A stretch of 64,000 nucleotides of DNA from Thalassobaculaceae bacterium (GTDB lineage Bacteria; Pseudomonadota; Alphaproteobacteria; Thalassobaculales; Thalassobaculaceae). Below, one piece after another: positions 30,773 through 40,700 of the stretch (the first letter of the stretch is position 1; each line of letters starts with the position of its first letter). A program made the position numbers and the translations under genes. The DNA lies in contig OZ245843.1 in the NCBI GenBank assembly GCA_965228875.1, positions 3,392,616 to 3,456,615 of the forward strand, given 5' to 3'. The notes under the pieces are model-generated. The model saw only the letters and a list, made by a program, of their open reading frames with translations, was not told the DNA's origin and made no database searches.

Positions 30773-30844
30773 CCGGGCCAGTCCCCGGGCCATCCCCCGG
30801 GCCATCCCCCGGGCCATCCCCCGGGCCATCCCCCGGGCCATCCA
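30773..30844. repeat. 12-bp tandem repeat (CCGGGCCATCCC) x ~6
   Basis: Four perfect units 30785-30832 plus degenerate flanking units; reads (MARG)n in the exbB frame. Confidence 0.95.
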
Positions 30845-30918
30845 CGGCATATCGCGCACTCGACACGGCGCATGCGGGCAACTCCCTCGAACTCGGCGGA
30901 TCAGCTGGCGCGGACTTT

Positions 30919-30937
30919 ATTGCGAGCGACTCGCAAT
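30919..30937. promoter_or_regulatory. Fur-alpha/Mur-type operator candidate upstream of exbB-exbD-exbD-tonB
   Basis: 19-bp palindrome ATTGCGAG-cga-CTCGCAAT. Confidence 0.75.
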
Positions 30938-31300
30938 CGCAAGCGCAAGATTTCCGCAGACGCGCCGATCGTCCGGCGGACCGGCAATGGTTCGGCGAGC
31001 GTAACGCGGCAGACCGCACCGGATACGAAAGTAGCACGCCCATTCCGCGCGCGCGGTATTAAGCTTGCCGATCGCGCGCCGGGCATGGACCTCGACGGCA
31101 CCTTGAGCCAGGGTGCGCGGGACATGCCCGCCGGCTCGGACGACCCGATGCGGAAAAGACAGTGGCAGAAAGCCCAGGGCGGCAGGGCGGGAGGAACGAA
31201 TGGTACTGGCATCGCGAAGACTGGTTTCGGCACCTGGAACCGCGCTGGCCGAACCCGGGAATGCGGTCGGCCGCCCGGAGCGCCGAGGGAACACCGAGGC

Positions 31301-32779
31301 ATGAACAGACCCGCCCGCCTGACGAGCCTGCAGCGTGTCGCCGGCGCCGCGTTCCTGCCGGCCTATTCACCCTCCGAGCACGGACACGGGATCGTCCATC
31401 TCGGCGTCGGTGCGTTCTACAAGGCGCACGGGGCCGCCTACACGGACACGGCGCTGGCCGAGGCCGGGGGAGACTGGCGGGTCGTCGGTGTCAGCCTGCG
31501 CGGTACCGCCGCGGCCGATGCCCTCAACTCGCAGACCGGGCTCTACACCCTTGTCGAACGCGGTCCAGGCGGCGAACGCGGGCGGATCATCGCCGCGATC
31601 GACCGGGTCATCGCCGCGACCCGGGACCGCGCTGGCGTGCTGGACGTACTCAGCGACCCGGGCACGCGGATCGTCAGTCTGACCGTGACAGAGAAGGCCT
31701 ACGGCATCGACCGACGGGCCGGCACCGTCGACCCGAGCCACGCCGCCATCGCCGGCGATCTGAACGATCCGCGCGCTCCGATCGGTGCGGTCGGACTCAT
31801 CGTCGAAGGTCTGCGACGTCGCCGCGCCGCCGGCCTGCGACCGTTCACGGTCCTGTGCTGCGACAACCTGCCGGACAATGGCGGGTTGCTGCGGACCGGC
31901 GTCCTCGACTTCGCCGGTCGGATCGATCCGGACCTACAGGGCTGGATCGCCGACGAGGGCCGGTTTCCGGCCACCATGGTCGACCGCATCACCCCGTCCT
32001 CGACCGACGCCACCCTGGCGGCCGCCGAGGAATTGACGGGATGCCGGGACCTGGCGGCCGTGGAGACCGAACCGTTCACCCAATGGGTCATCGAAGACCG
32101 GTTCGCCGACGGACGTCCGGCCTGGGAGACCGGCGGGGCGCTGTTCGTCGAGAACGTGGCGCCGTTCGAACGCATGAAGCTGCGGATGCTCAACGGCGCC
32201 CACTCGATGCTCGCCTATGCCGGCTTCCTGAGCGGGTTCGCCTATGTCCGCGACGTCATGGCGGACGGTCCGCTGGCCACGCTGGTCGCCAGGCACATGA
32301 CCGCCGCCGCCGCCACCCTCGAGCCGCTCACGGGTATCGACCTCGAGGACTATGCCGCCGAACTGGCCGACCGGTTCCGCAACCCGGCGATCGCGCACGA
32401 GACCTATCAGATCGCCATGGACGGTACCGAGAAGCTGCCGCAGCGCCTGCTGGAACCGGCGGTCCACGCCCTCGACCACGGTCAGGACATCCGGCCGTTC
32501 GCCTTCGCGGTCGCCGCCTGGATGCGCTATGCGCTCGGGCGCAGGGACGACGGGTCGACCTACGCCCTGCGCGACCCGCGCGAGGCCGCGATCGCTGCGG
32601 CCGTCTCCGGGGCCGGCGGTGCCGAAGCACTCTCCGGCGCCCTGCATGGGCTTGTCGGACTGTTCCCCGCGAAGCTGACGGAGAACCCGCAATGGCGGGC
32701 CGCCGTCGAGGCGGCGCTGGGACGAATGCTGGATGAGGGCATGGCCGCGGCCGTCGCCGCCGAGACACGCATCCCGTGA
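31301..32779 (+). CDS. Mannitol dehydrogenase family protein (D-mannonate/fructuronate oxidoreductase-like)
   Basis: IVHLGVGAF, SLTVTEKAY, CCDNL, MVDRITP, KLRMLNGAH, DGTEKLPQR; start 31301 rather than ORF-track 29888. Confidence 0.9.
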   Translation: MNRPARLTSLQRVAGAAFLPAYSPSEHGHGIVHLGVGAFYKAHGAAYTDTALAEAGGDWRVVGVSLRGTAAADALNSQTGLYTLVERGPGGERGRIIAAIDRVIAATRDRAGVLDVLSDPGTRIVSLTVTEKAYGIDRRAGTVDPSHAAIAGDLNDPRAPIGAVGLIVEGLRRRRAAGLRPFTVLCCDNLPDNGGLLRTGVLDFAGRIDPDLQGWIADEGRFPATMVDRITPSSTDATLAAAEELTGCRDLAAVETEPFTQWVIEDRFADGRPAWETGGALFVENVAPFERMKLRMLNGAHSMLAYAGFLSGFAYVRDVMADGPLATLVARHMTAAAATLEPLTGIDLEDYAAELADRFRNPAIAHETYQIAMDGTEKLPQRLLEPAVHALDHGQDIRPFAFAVAAWMRYALGRRDDGSTYALRDPREAAIAAAVSGAGGAEALSGALHGLVGLFPAKLTENPQWRAAVEAALGRMLDEGMAAAVAAETRIP

Positions 32780-32850
32780 TGCGGCCGTCACCGGCGTCGC
32801 CATAGAGCCGACACCGCCCCATTCTTCTCCGCGAAAAAACAACGACTTAT

Positions 32851-32880
32851 CCGACACGGCCTGCGTGACTGTCGGTTTTT
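32851..32880 (+). terminator. Possible intrinsic terminator
   Basis: CCGACA...TGTCGG followed by TTTTT. Confidence 0.45.
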
Positions 32881-33183
32881 GGCTTGTTGTGTCGCAAATA
32901 GAACATTACAGATGTGCCAGGTCGAGCGGCGGCTACCGCCGGATATGGCCGCGACCGACGCTCCTGTCGGTCGGATCAAGATCAAGAACGCGCGGACAAC
33001 GCGCCCGCAGACACCCGAACCGTCGTGACGTCGGTCCGCGCGGCAATCGCCGACGCGCCGGCCATCCGCGACCGGACGATGAAACCGAGCCGCCGTCCGC
33101 GCGGGATGGCGGCGCCGATCCCGTGCCCGGTACGCCACAGGTCCTGCCGGACGTCACGGCCGACACAACCGACCGGAGGCCCC

Positions 33184-34866
33184 ATGGAACAGACCGCAAA
33201 CGCCGAGCTGGAACTGGACGCACAGGCATACGGCGAGAACCCGCTGGAAAACCGCGACACCGATCTCTATCGCGGCGAGTACATCATGTCCTTCGTCGAG
33301 AAGTGGGACGAACTGATCGACTGGACGGCGCGCGCCGAGAGCGAGGGCCAGTTCTTCATCGACGTGCTGCGCGCCCGCGGAAAGGACACGGTTCTCGACG
33401 TCGCCTGCGGGACGGGCTTCCACTCCGTCCGCCTGCAGGAGGCGGGTTTCAACGTGACCTCGGCGGACGGGTCGGCCGCGATGCTGTCGAAGGCGTTCAG
33501 CAACGCGCAGTCGCGGGGTCTGATCCTGAAGACGGTTCAGGCCGATTGGCGGTGGCTCAATCGCGACATCCAGGGCAAGTACGACGCGATCATCTGCCTC
33601 GGCAACTCCTTCACCCACCTGCATGCGGAGGCCGACCGCCGGCGCGCCCTCGCCGAATTCTACGCCGCGCTGAAGCATGACGGCATTCTGATCCTCGACC
33701 AGCGCAACTACGACGCCATCCTCGACGAGGGATTCAGCACCAAGCACAAGTACTACTACGCCGGCGAGAAGGTCACCGCCGAGCCGGAGCACATCGACGA
33801 CGGCCTCGTGCGCTTCAAGTACAGCTTCCCGGACGGCGCGGAGTACACGCTGAACCTCTGCCCGATCCGCAAGGCCTACGTCCGTCGTCTGCTGTCGGAG
33901 GCGGGGTTCCAGCGGGTTCGCACCTATGGCGACTTCCAGGAGACCTTCGCCGAGAATGACCCCGACTTCTTCATCCATGTGGCGGAGAAGTCGACCCTGC
34001 ACGTTGTGCGCTGGGGCGGCGGCACCCGCGAGGAGGGCGAGACCGACGTCCGCGATGTCGCCGAGGACTACTACGACAGCGAGGACGCGGACACGTTCTA
34101 CAGCATGGTCTGGGGCGGCGAGGACCTGCATGTCGGCATCTACGACGACACCCGGGTCATCCGCGAGGCGAGCGACACCACCGTCGATCGCATGGCCGAG
34201 GCGCTGCCGGCCATCGACCAGAACACCCGCATTCTGGACATCGGCGCCGGCTATGGCGGCGCCATGCGCAGGATCGCCAAGCGCTACGGCAACACGGCGA
34301 CCTGCCTGAACATCTCGGAAACCCAGAACGATACCAACCGGAACCGGATCCGACGCGCCGGCATGGCCGATCGCATCAGGGTCGTCCACGGGGTGTTCGA
34401 GGACATCCCGGAGCCGGCGGCAAGCTACGACGTGGTCTGGAGCCAGGACGCGATCCTGCACTCCGACCAGCGCGCGACCGTGCTGGCCGAGGTGTTCCGG
34501 GTGCTGAAGCCGGGCGGGCACTTCATCTTCACCGACCCGATGCAGGCCGACGACGTGCCGGAAGGCGTGCTGCAGCCGGTCTACGACCGCCTCCAGCTCA
34601 CCTCGCTCGGCTCCATGCGGTTCTACCGCGAGGCCGCCGACGCGGTCGGCTTCGAAACGGTGGCGCAGGACGACATGACCGGTCATCTGCGCACCCATTA
34701 CGACCGGGTGCGGGAGGATCTGGTCGCCAACTACGACAAGCTGCGCGACAGCGGGGCATCGGTCGAGTACCTCGACAAGATGATCGTCGGCCTGGAGAAC
34801 TGGGTGAAGGCGGCCGATGCCGGCTACCTCGCCTGGGGCATCCAGATCTTCCGCAAGCCGGACTGA
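33184..34866 (+). CDS. Fused glycine/sarcosine + sarcosine/dimethylglycine N-methyltransferase (betaine synthesis)
   Basis: Domain 1: [43 protein letters not shown]; domain 2: [50 protein letters not shown]. Confidence 0.88.
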   Translation: MEQTANAELELDAQAYGENPLENRDTDLYRGEYIMSFVEKWDELIDWTARAESEGQFFIDVLRARGKDTVLDVACGTGFHSVRLQEAGFNVTSADGSAAMLSKAFSNAQSRGLILKTVQADWRWLNRDIQGKYDAIICLGNSFTHLHAEADRRRALAEFYAALKHDGILILDQRNYDAILDEGFSTKHKYYYAGEKVTAEPEHIDDGLVRFKYSFPDGAEYTLNLCPIRKAYVRRLLSEAGFQRVRTYGDFQETFAENDPDFFIHVAEKSTLHVVRWGGGTREEGETDVRDVAEDYYDSEDADTFYSMVWGGEDLHVGIYDDTRVIREASDTTVDRMAEALPAIDQNTRILDIGAGYGGAMRRIAKRYGNTATCLNISETQNDTNRNRIRRAGMADRIRVVHGVFEDIPEPAASYDVVWSQDAILHSDQRATVLAEVFRVLKPGGHFIFTDPMQADDVPEGVLQPVYDRLQLTSLGSMRFYREAADAVGFETVAQDDMTGHLRTHYDRVREDLVANYDKLRDSGASVEYLDKMIVGLENWVKAADAGYLAWGIQIFRKPD

Positions 34867-34880
34867 CCGCACCCCAACAG

Positions 34881-34921
34881 CGCCGAAGCGGCGACGGGTC
34901 GGTCCCGCTTCCGCTTCGGCG
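34881..34921 (+). other. Intercistronic hairpin between the methyltransferase and metK
   Basis: CGCCGAAGCGG...CCGCTTCGGCG 11-bp stem. Confidence 0.5.
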
Positions 34922-34957
34922 ACGTATTCCAAGGAACCTGAGAGGAACGTCATCACC

Positions 34958-36139
34958 ATGACTGACAGGACATGGCTGTTCACCAGTGAATCGGTCTCCG
35001 AGGGCCACCCGGACAAGGTCTGCGACCGGATCTCCGACTCCGTGCTCGATGCCTTCCTGGCCGAGGACGAGGATGTCCGGGTCGCCTGCGAGACCCTGGC
35101 GACGACCAACCACATCACCGTCGCCGGCGAGGTCCGGGGGCCCGACTCCGTGCTGAAGCGGGTCGAGGAGATCGCCCGCGACGCGGTCAAGGACATCGGC
35201 TACGAGCAGGACGGGTTCGACTGGAAGACCTGCGAGATCGTCTCGCGCCTGCATGCCCAGTCCTCGGACATCGCGCTCGGGGTCGACGCCGGCAACAAGG
35301 CCGAGGAAGGAGCCGGCGACCAGGGCATCATGTTCGGTTACGCCTGCACCGAGACCGAAGAGCTGATGCCGGCGCCGATCCAGTTCGCCCACCGTATCCT
35401 GCGGCTGATGGCCGAGGCACGGAAGTCCGGCGCCGAACCGCGGCTGGGTCCGGACAGCAAGAGCCAGGTCACCCTGCGCTACGAGAACGGACGGCCGACC
35501 GGCATCGACACGGTGGTCGTCTCGACCCAGCACGACGGCGCGATCGACGGGGACACGGTGCGTGAGATCGTCCGGCCGTTCGTCGCCGAGGCCCTGCCGG
35601 AAGGCTGGACGGTGCCGGAGGACCGGCTGCTGGTGAACCCCACGGGACGCTTCGTCATCGGCGGCCCTGACGGCGACTGCGGGCTGACCGGGCGCAAGAT
35701 CATCGTCGACACCTACGGCGGTGCCGCGCCCCATGGCGGCGGCGCGTTCTCCGGCAAGGACCCGACCAAGGTCGACCGCTCGGCCGCCTATGCCGCGCGC
35801 TACCTGGCGAAGAACGTGGTCGCCGCCGGCCTCGCCGAGAAGTGCGTGATCCAGCTCGCCTATGCCATCGGCGTGCCGGAGCCGGTCGCGGTCTACGTCG
35901 ACACCCAGGGGACCGGCCGGGTCGATGAGGAGCGCCTCGGCAAGGTGCTGCGCGAGCGCGTGCGCCTGACCCCGCGAGGGATCCGCGAGCACCTCGGTCT
36001 GCTGAAGCCGATCTACGCCCGCACCGCCGCCTACGGCCATTTCGGGCGCCCCGCCGAAGCGGATGGCGGCTTCGCCTGGGAGCGCACGGACATCGCCAAC
36101 GACCTCGCCCGCGCATTCGGCGCCGAGGCGGCGGACTGA
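34958..36139 (+). CDS. metK: S-adenosylmethionine synthetase
   Basis: [35 protein letters not shown]. Confidence 0.98.
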   Translation: MTDRTWLFTSESVSEGHPDKVCDRISDSVLDAFLAEDEDVRVACETLATTNHITVAGEVRGPDSVLKRVEEIARDAVKDIGYEQDGFDWKTCEIVSRLHAQSSDIALGVDAGNKAEEGAGDQGIMFGYACTETEELMPAPIQFAHRILRLMAEARKSGAEPRLGPDSKSQVTLRYENGRPTGIDTVVVSTQHDGAIDGDTVREIVRPFVAEALPEGWTVPEDRLLVNPTGRFVIGGPDGDCGLTGRKIIVDTYGGAAPHGGGAFSGKDPTKVDRSAAYAARYLAKNVVAAGLAEKCVIQLAYAIGVPEPVAVYVDTQGTGRVDEERLGKVLRERVRLTPRGIREHLGLLKPIYARTAAYGHFGRPAEADGGFAWERTDIANDLARAFGAEAAD

Positions 36140-36194
36140 GGAGTTATCGACCTCTCCCGGGTTCCCCAGCCTAACGCGGGGAGATCGTCAGGAC

Positions 36195-36233
36195 AAAAGA
36201 ATGGGCCCGCACCAGACCGGTGTGGGCCTTTCT
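36195..36233. terminator. Bidirectional terminator between metK and betB
   Basis: AAAAGAAT, GGCCCGCACC / GGTGTGGGCC stem, TTTCT. Confidence 0.65.
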
Positions 36234-36254
36234 GCGTTGCCCCTCGCCTTCACT

Positions 36255-36366
36255 CACTCCCCGGATTCATTCCAGGGCCTACCCATCCTCCAACCGGGCG
36301 TCAGGAGACCGGCCTCCGAAAACCGGGACAGCCCCAGAGTGGGACCCGGAATAAATCCGGGGAGTG
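36255..36366. repeat. REP/REPIN-like palindromic element
   Basis: Arms CACTCCCCGGATTCATTCC (36255-36273) and GGAATAAATCCGGGGAGTG (36348-36366), 18/19 complementary, 74-bp spacer. Confidence 0.7.
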
Positions 36367-36390
36367 TGAGAGGTGGGAGGACCAGCCCCC

Positions 36391-37851
36391 TCAATACGGC
36401 GCCTCCGGCGCATTCACCGCGACATAGACCGAGCGCACCTCGGAGTAGTGGTGGATGGCCTCCTTGGAGTTCTCGCGGCCCACGCCGGACGCCTTCACCC
36501 CGCCGAACGGCGCCTCCACCGGCGTCAGGTTGTAGGCGTTGATGTAGAGGCTCCCCGCCTCCAACTGCCCGACCACCCGGTGGGCGCGGGCGAGGTCGGT
36601 TGTGAACACGCCGGCGGCCAGGCCGAACTCGGTGGCGTTGGCACGGGCGATGCCGTCCGCCTCGTCGGTGAAGTCGAGCACCGCCATGACCGGGCCGAAA
36701 ATCTCTTCCCGGGCGATGGTCATGCCGTCGGTCACATCGGCGAAGACCGTCGGTTCCAGGTACCAGCCGTCGCGCTCAATCCGCCTTCCACCGGTCACCA
36801 GCCGCGCGCCCTCCTCGATCCCCTTGGTGATATACCCCTCAACGATCTTGAGCTGGCGCTCGGAGACCATGGGGCCGTATGTCACGCTCTCGTCCATCGG
36901 GTCACCGATCACCGCGGCGCCGAGACGCTCGGTCAGGCGCTTCAGGAACGCCTCCTTGATGCCCTTCTGCACGAATACCCGGGTGCCGTTGGAGCAGATC
37001 TGGCCGGAGCTGTAGAAGTTGCCGACGATGGCACCGCTGACGGCCGCCTCCAGGTCGGCGTCGTCGAACACCAGGATCGGCGACTTGCCGCCCAACTCCA
37101 GGGTGACGTGCTTGATGCCCTCGGCCGCCGCCGCGTAGACCTTGCGCCCGGTCGGCACCGAGCCGGTGAGGGAGACCTTGGCCACCCGCGGATCGGTGGT
37201 CAGCGCCGCGCCCACCGGCCCCAGTCCCTGGACCACGTTCAACACCCCCGCCGGCGCCCCCGCCTCGATCAGGATCTCCGCCACCTTCAGGGTGCAGAGC
37301 GGCGTGGTCTCCGACGGCTTGAATACCATCGTATTCCCACAGGCCAGCGCCGGGGCGGCCTTCCAGCAGGCGATCTGGGTCGGATAGTTCCAGGCCCCGA
37401 TTCCGACGCAGACCCCGAGCGGCTTGCGCATGGTGTAGACGAAATCGCCGCCCGGAAGCTGCACGTGCTCGCCGGTCAGCGAGCCGGCCAGCCCGCCGAA
37501 ATACTCCAGCGCGTCGGCGCCGGAGGTGGCATCGGCCACCAGGGTCTCGGACAGGGGCTTGCCGGTGTCGAGCGTCTCCAGCTTCGACAGCTCGCGGTTG
37601 CGCGCGCGGATGATGTCGGCGGCGCGGCGCAGCACCCGGCCACGCTCGGTCCCGCTCATCGCCGCCCAACCGGCCTGGGCCGCCGTGGCCGAGGCCAGGG
37701 CCTGCTCCACGATCGCCGGGGTGGCGGCGTGCAGGCGGGCGAGGGTCTCGCCCGTCGCGGCGTAGACGACGTCGATGGGGTCGCCGGTGGTGTCCTCGAC
37801 ATAGGCGCCGTCGATGAAGTGACTGGCCTTGGGCTGTGCGTCGTAGGTCAT
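36391..37851 (-). CDS. betB: Betaine aldehyde dehydrogenase
   Basis: [23 protein letters not shown], catalytic Cys in [15 protein letters not shown]; follows betC. Confidence 0.95.
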   Translation of the reverse strand: MTYDAQPKASHFIDGAYVEDTTGDPIDVVYAATGETLARLHAATPAIVEQALASATAAQAGWAAMSGTERGRVLRRAADIIRARNRELSKLETLDTGKPLSETLVADATSGADALEYFGGLAGSLTGEHVQLPGGDFVYTMRKPLGVCVGIGAWNYPTQIACWKAAPALACGNTMVFKPSETTPLCTLKVAEILIEAGAPAGVLNVVQGLGPVGAALTTDPRVAKVSLTGSVPTGRKVYAAAAEGIKHVTLELGGKSPILVFDDADLEAAVSGAIVGNFYSSGQICSNGTRVFVQKGIKEAFLKRLTERLGAAVIGDPMDESVTYGPMVSERQLKIVEGYITKGIEEGARLVTGGRRIERDGWYLEPTVFADVTDGMTIAREEIFGPVMAVLDFTDEADGIARANATEFGLAAGVFTTDLARAHRVVGQLEAGSLYINAYNLTPVEAPFGGVKASGVGRENSKEAIHHYSEVRSVYVAVNAPEAPY

Positions 37852-37863
37852 GCTTCGGTCTCT

Positions 37864-39372
37864 CTATTCGCCGCGCGGAAAACGCTGGTTCTCTTCGACC
37901 ACGTTCAGGTCCATGTGGTTGCGCATGAACCGCTCCGAGGCCTTCAGCAGCGGCTGGTGGTCCCAGGGGTAGTAGGCGCCGTTGCGCAGCGCCTCGTATA
38001 CCACCCAGCGCCGTGCCTGGCTGGAGCGCACCTCGGCGTCAAACCGGGCGAGGTCCCAGCGCGCGTCGGCCTCGGTCCGGAACTCCGCCAGTGTGGCGGC
38101 ATGCGCCGGATCGTCGGCCAGATTGGTCAGTTCGTGCGGGTCCGCCTCCAGGTCGAACAGCTGCTCGGGGTCGAGGTTGCAGCGGGTGTATTTCCACCGC
38201 CCCCGGCGCAGGCCGACCAGCGGCGCGTAGGAACCCTCGGCCGCGTACTCCATGGCGACGGAGCCGGGGCGCGGCGTGCCGCCCGGAACAGCGACCAGGC
38301 TCCGGCCCTCGGTCCATGGCAATACCTCGTCGAGGGAGATGCCAGCCAGCTCTGCCAGGGTCGGAGTGACGTCCAGAGTGGAGGCGGGCGCGGTGATCAG
38401 GTCCGGTGCCATGCCGGGGGCGGCGATCATCAGCGGCACCCGGGACGAGCCCTCGAAGAAGCTCATCTTGAACCACAGCCCCCGCTCGCCGAGCATGTCG
38501 CCGTGGTCGGAGACGAACAGGATGATCGCCTCCTGGCGGGTCCGCTCCAGCGTGTCCAGAATCTCGCCGATCTTGTCGTCCAGATAACTGATATTGGCGA
38601 AATAGGCCCGGCGCGAGCGGCGGATGTTCTCCTCGGTGATGTCGAAGCTGCGCCAGTCGTTGGCGTCGAAGATCCGCTTCGAATGCGGATCGTGGTCCGC
38701 GTAGTCCATCGCCGGGACCGTCGGCAGGAGATGGTCGCAGTCGTCGTACAGGTCCCAGTACTTGCGCCGGGCGACATAGGGGTCGTGCGGGTGGGTGAAG
38801 CTGACCGTCAGGCACCAGGGGCGGCCGTCATGGCCGCGCGACAGGTCGTAGATCTTGCGCACCGCGTTGTAGGCGACCTCGTCGTCGTACTCCATCTGGT
38901 TGGAGATCTCGGCGACGCCCGCCCCGGTGACCGAGCCGAGGTTGTGGTACCACCAGTCGATCCGTTCCCCCGGCTTGCGGTAGTCCGGGGTCCAGCCGAA
39001 ATCGGCGGGGTAGATGTCCGTGGTCAGCCGCTCCTCGAAGCCGTGGAGTTGGTCCGGGCCGACGAAATGCATCTTGCCGCTGAGGCAGGTCTGATAGCCG
39101 GCGCGGCGCAGGTGATGGGCGTATGTGGGAATGGCGCTGGAGAACTCGGCGGCGTTGTCGTAGACGCCGGTGAGCGACGGCAGCAGCCCCGACATGAACG
39201 ACGCCCGACCCGGCGCGCAGAGCGGCGAGGCGGTATAGGCGTTGGCGAACCGCGTCGAGCGCTCGGCCAAACGGCGCAGGTTGGGGGTGTGCAGCCACGG
39301 CGCCGGCCCGTCCGGGAACAGGGTGCCGTTGAGCTGATCGACCATCAGGATGAGAATGTTGGGGCGCGACAT
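37864..39372 (-). CDS. betC: Choline sulfatase
   Basis: PNILILMVDQL, sulfatase motif CAPGR, LTTDIYPADFGW, RFMRNHMDL. Confidence 0.96.
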   Translation of the reverse strand: MSRPNILILMVDQLNGTLFPDGPAPWLHTPNLRRLAERSTRFANAYTASPLCAPGRASFMSGLLPSLTGVYDNAAEFSSAIPTYAHHLRRAGYQTCLSGKMHFVGPDQLHGFEERLTTDIYPADFGWTPDYRKPGERIDWWYHNLGSVTGAGVAEISNQMEYDDEVAYNAVRKIYDLSRGHDGRPWCLTVSFTHPHDPYVARRKYWDLYDDCDHLLPTVPAMDYADHDPHSKRIFDANDWRSFDITEENIRRSRRAYFANISYLDDKIGEILDTLERTRQEAIILFVSDHGDMLGERGLWFKMSFFEGSSRVPLMIAAPGMAPDLITAPASTLDVTPTLAELAGISLDEVLPWTEGRSLVAVPGGTPRPGSVAMEYAAEGSYAPLVGLRRGRWKYTRCNLDPEQLFDLEADPHELTNLADDPAHAATLAEFRTEADARWDLARFDAEVRSSQARRWVVYEALRNGAYYPWDHQPLLKASERFMRNHMDLNVVEENQRFPRGE

Positions 39373-39474
39373 GGGCAGACTCCTGACGTCCGGTTACGGG
39401 GCCGTCGCCGATAAAGCACTCCGCGCGCCCGCCGTCTTGTGCCGGGGCGACCGGGCGTGGCGGATCGCTACCGT

Positions 39475-40692
39475 CTAGATCCGGACCTCCTCGAGCACAA
39501 GCGCCGCGGCGCCCCGGGCCCAGAGATCGTCACCCCAGGGATTGATCTCCACCTCGATGCCCTCCTCGTCCCCGAGCATCGGACCGGCCGAGATGGCGCC
39601 GCGGATCGCCTCGAAGAACACGCGGGCGGAGCGGGTACGCTCGCCCGACAGGACCACGATCGACGGGTCCAGGATGCTGTAGAGATTGGAGATCCCGGTA
39701 CCGAGCATGCTGCCGGCGCGGTGGAAGATCGCCGCCAGGGCGGGATCGCCGGCATCGGCCGCCTCGATCAGCCGCTCGATCGCCGCATGGACCGCCTGCG
39801 GGTCGTTCATGTCGAGCGCCCCGTCGGCCAGACCGGCCTCCCGCACGATGGCGTAGTCCGAGACGTAGGCCTCGACGCAGCCGCGCGCGCCGCACCGGCA
39901 GAGCGCCCCGCCGGCGACCACCTTGGTATGCCCGAACTCCGCGCCGTAGCCCCGGGCGCCACGGTACAGCGTGTCGCCGACCACCAGCCCCATGCCGACC
40001 CCGTGCTCGACCGTGACCACGAGGAACGTGCTGTGATGCTGGCCGACGCCGAACCACTTCTCGCCGAGTGCGGCCATGTTGGCGTCGTTGTCGACCACGG
40101 TGCGCAGCCCGGTCTCGGCGGCGACGATCTCGCGGAACGGCACGTCGCGCTCGGCGAAGAGCGGGCTCCATCCGACGACGCCGCTGGGATAGGCGACGAA
40201 GCCGGGAATTCCGACGCCGACGCCGAGGATCAGACCGGGATCGATCCGGGTGGACGCGATAATCGCGTCGACCCGCTCCCGGCACGCCCTTGCGATCGCC
40301 GCCGGCGCCACCCGGTCGGCACGGATCGGCACGGTCTCGCTGCCGAGCACGTCGCCCATCATGTTGGTTAGCGAGACGTCGACCTTGTGCAGCGACACCT
40401 TGAGGCCGACGGCATAGGCGGCGTCCGGATTGATGGCGAGCGCGGTGCGCGGCCGACCGCGCCTGCCGTCGGTCGCGCCGACCGCCTCCTCCGGCGCCTC
40501 GCGGATCAACCCCTCGCGCAGCAGATCGGCGGTGATGACCGTCACGGTGGCCGGGCTGAGACCGGCGCGGCGCGCGAGGTCGATGCGCGCGACGGGTCCC
40601 TGGCGGCGCAGCACGTCCAGCACCCGCTTGCGGTTCTGCTCGCGGACCGGGTCGGGGGCGCGCCGCGCCGTCTGTGCCTCGGTCTTGGCCAT
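39475..40692 (-). CDS. ROK-family transcriptional repressor
   Basis: N-terminal HTH (ARIDLA..GLSPATVT), GRP linker, DNDAN, EFGH, CRCG..GCVE. Confidence 0.92.
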   Translation of the reverse strand: MAKTEAQTARRAPDPVREQNRKRVLDVLRRQGPVARIDLARRAGLSPATVTVITADLLREGLIREAPEEAVGATDGRRGRPRTALAINPDAAYAVGLKVSLHKVDVSLTNMMGDVLGSETVPIRADRVAPAAIARACRERVDAIIASTRIDPGLILGVGVGIPGFVAYPSGVVGWSPLFAERDVPFREIVAAETGLRTVVDNDANMAALGEKWFGVGQHHSTFLVVTVEHGVGMGLVVGDTLYRGARGYGAEFGHTKVVAGGALCRCGARGCVEAYVSDYAIVREAGLADGALDMNDPQAVHAAIERLIEAADAGDPALAAIFHRAGSMLGTGISNLYSILDPSIVVLSGERTRSARVFFEAIRGAISAGPMLGDEEGIEVEINPWGDDLWARGAAALVLEEVRI

Positions 40693-40700
40693 GCCGCCGG

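Noticed and set aside
30773..30844. Possible CRISPR array
   Set aside because: Contiguous 12-bp units with no spacers and no cas genes
31200..31216. sigma54-like GG-N10-GC (TGGTAC-N5-TCGC) upstream of the mannitol dehydrogenase family gene
   Set aside because: Two mismatches to TGGCAC-N5-TTGC and no enhancer-binding protein nearby; too weak
29888..31300. Apparent 470-aa N-terminal extension on the mannitol-dehydrogenase-family ORF
   Set aside because: Overlaps exbB/exbD antisense; a good RBS and family-typical start exist at 31301
32914..33183. In-frame 90-aa extension of the methyltransferase
   Set aside because: Low-complexity Arg/Pro-rich translation; GGAGG RBS sits before ATG 33184
34867..34957. 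SAM-II or SAM-SAH riboswitch before metK
   Set aside because: Only a plain GC hairpin is visible; I could not find the conserved riboswitch motifs by eye (an Infernal scan would settle it)
36373..39414. 1013-aa plus-strand ORF
   Set aside because: Antisense shadow of betB and betC
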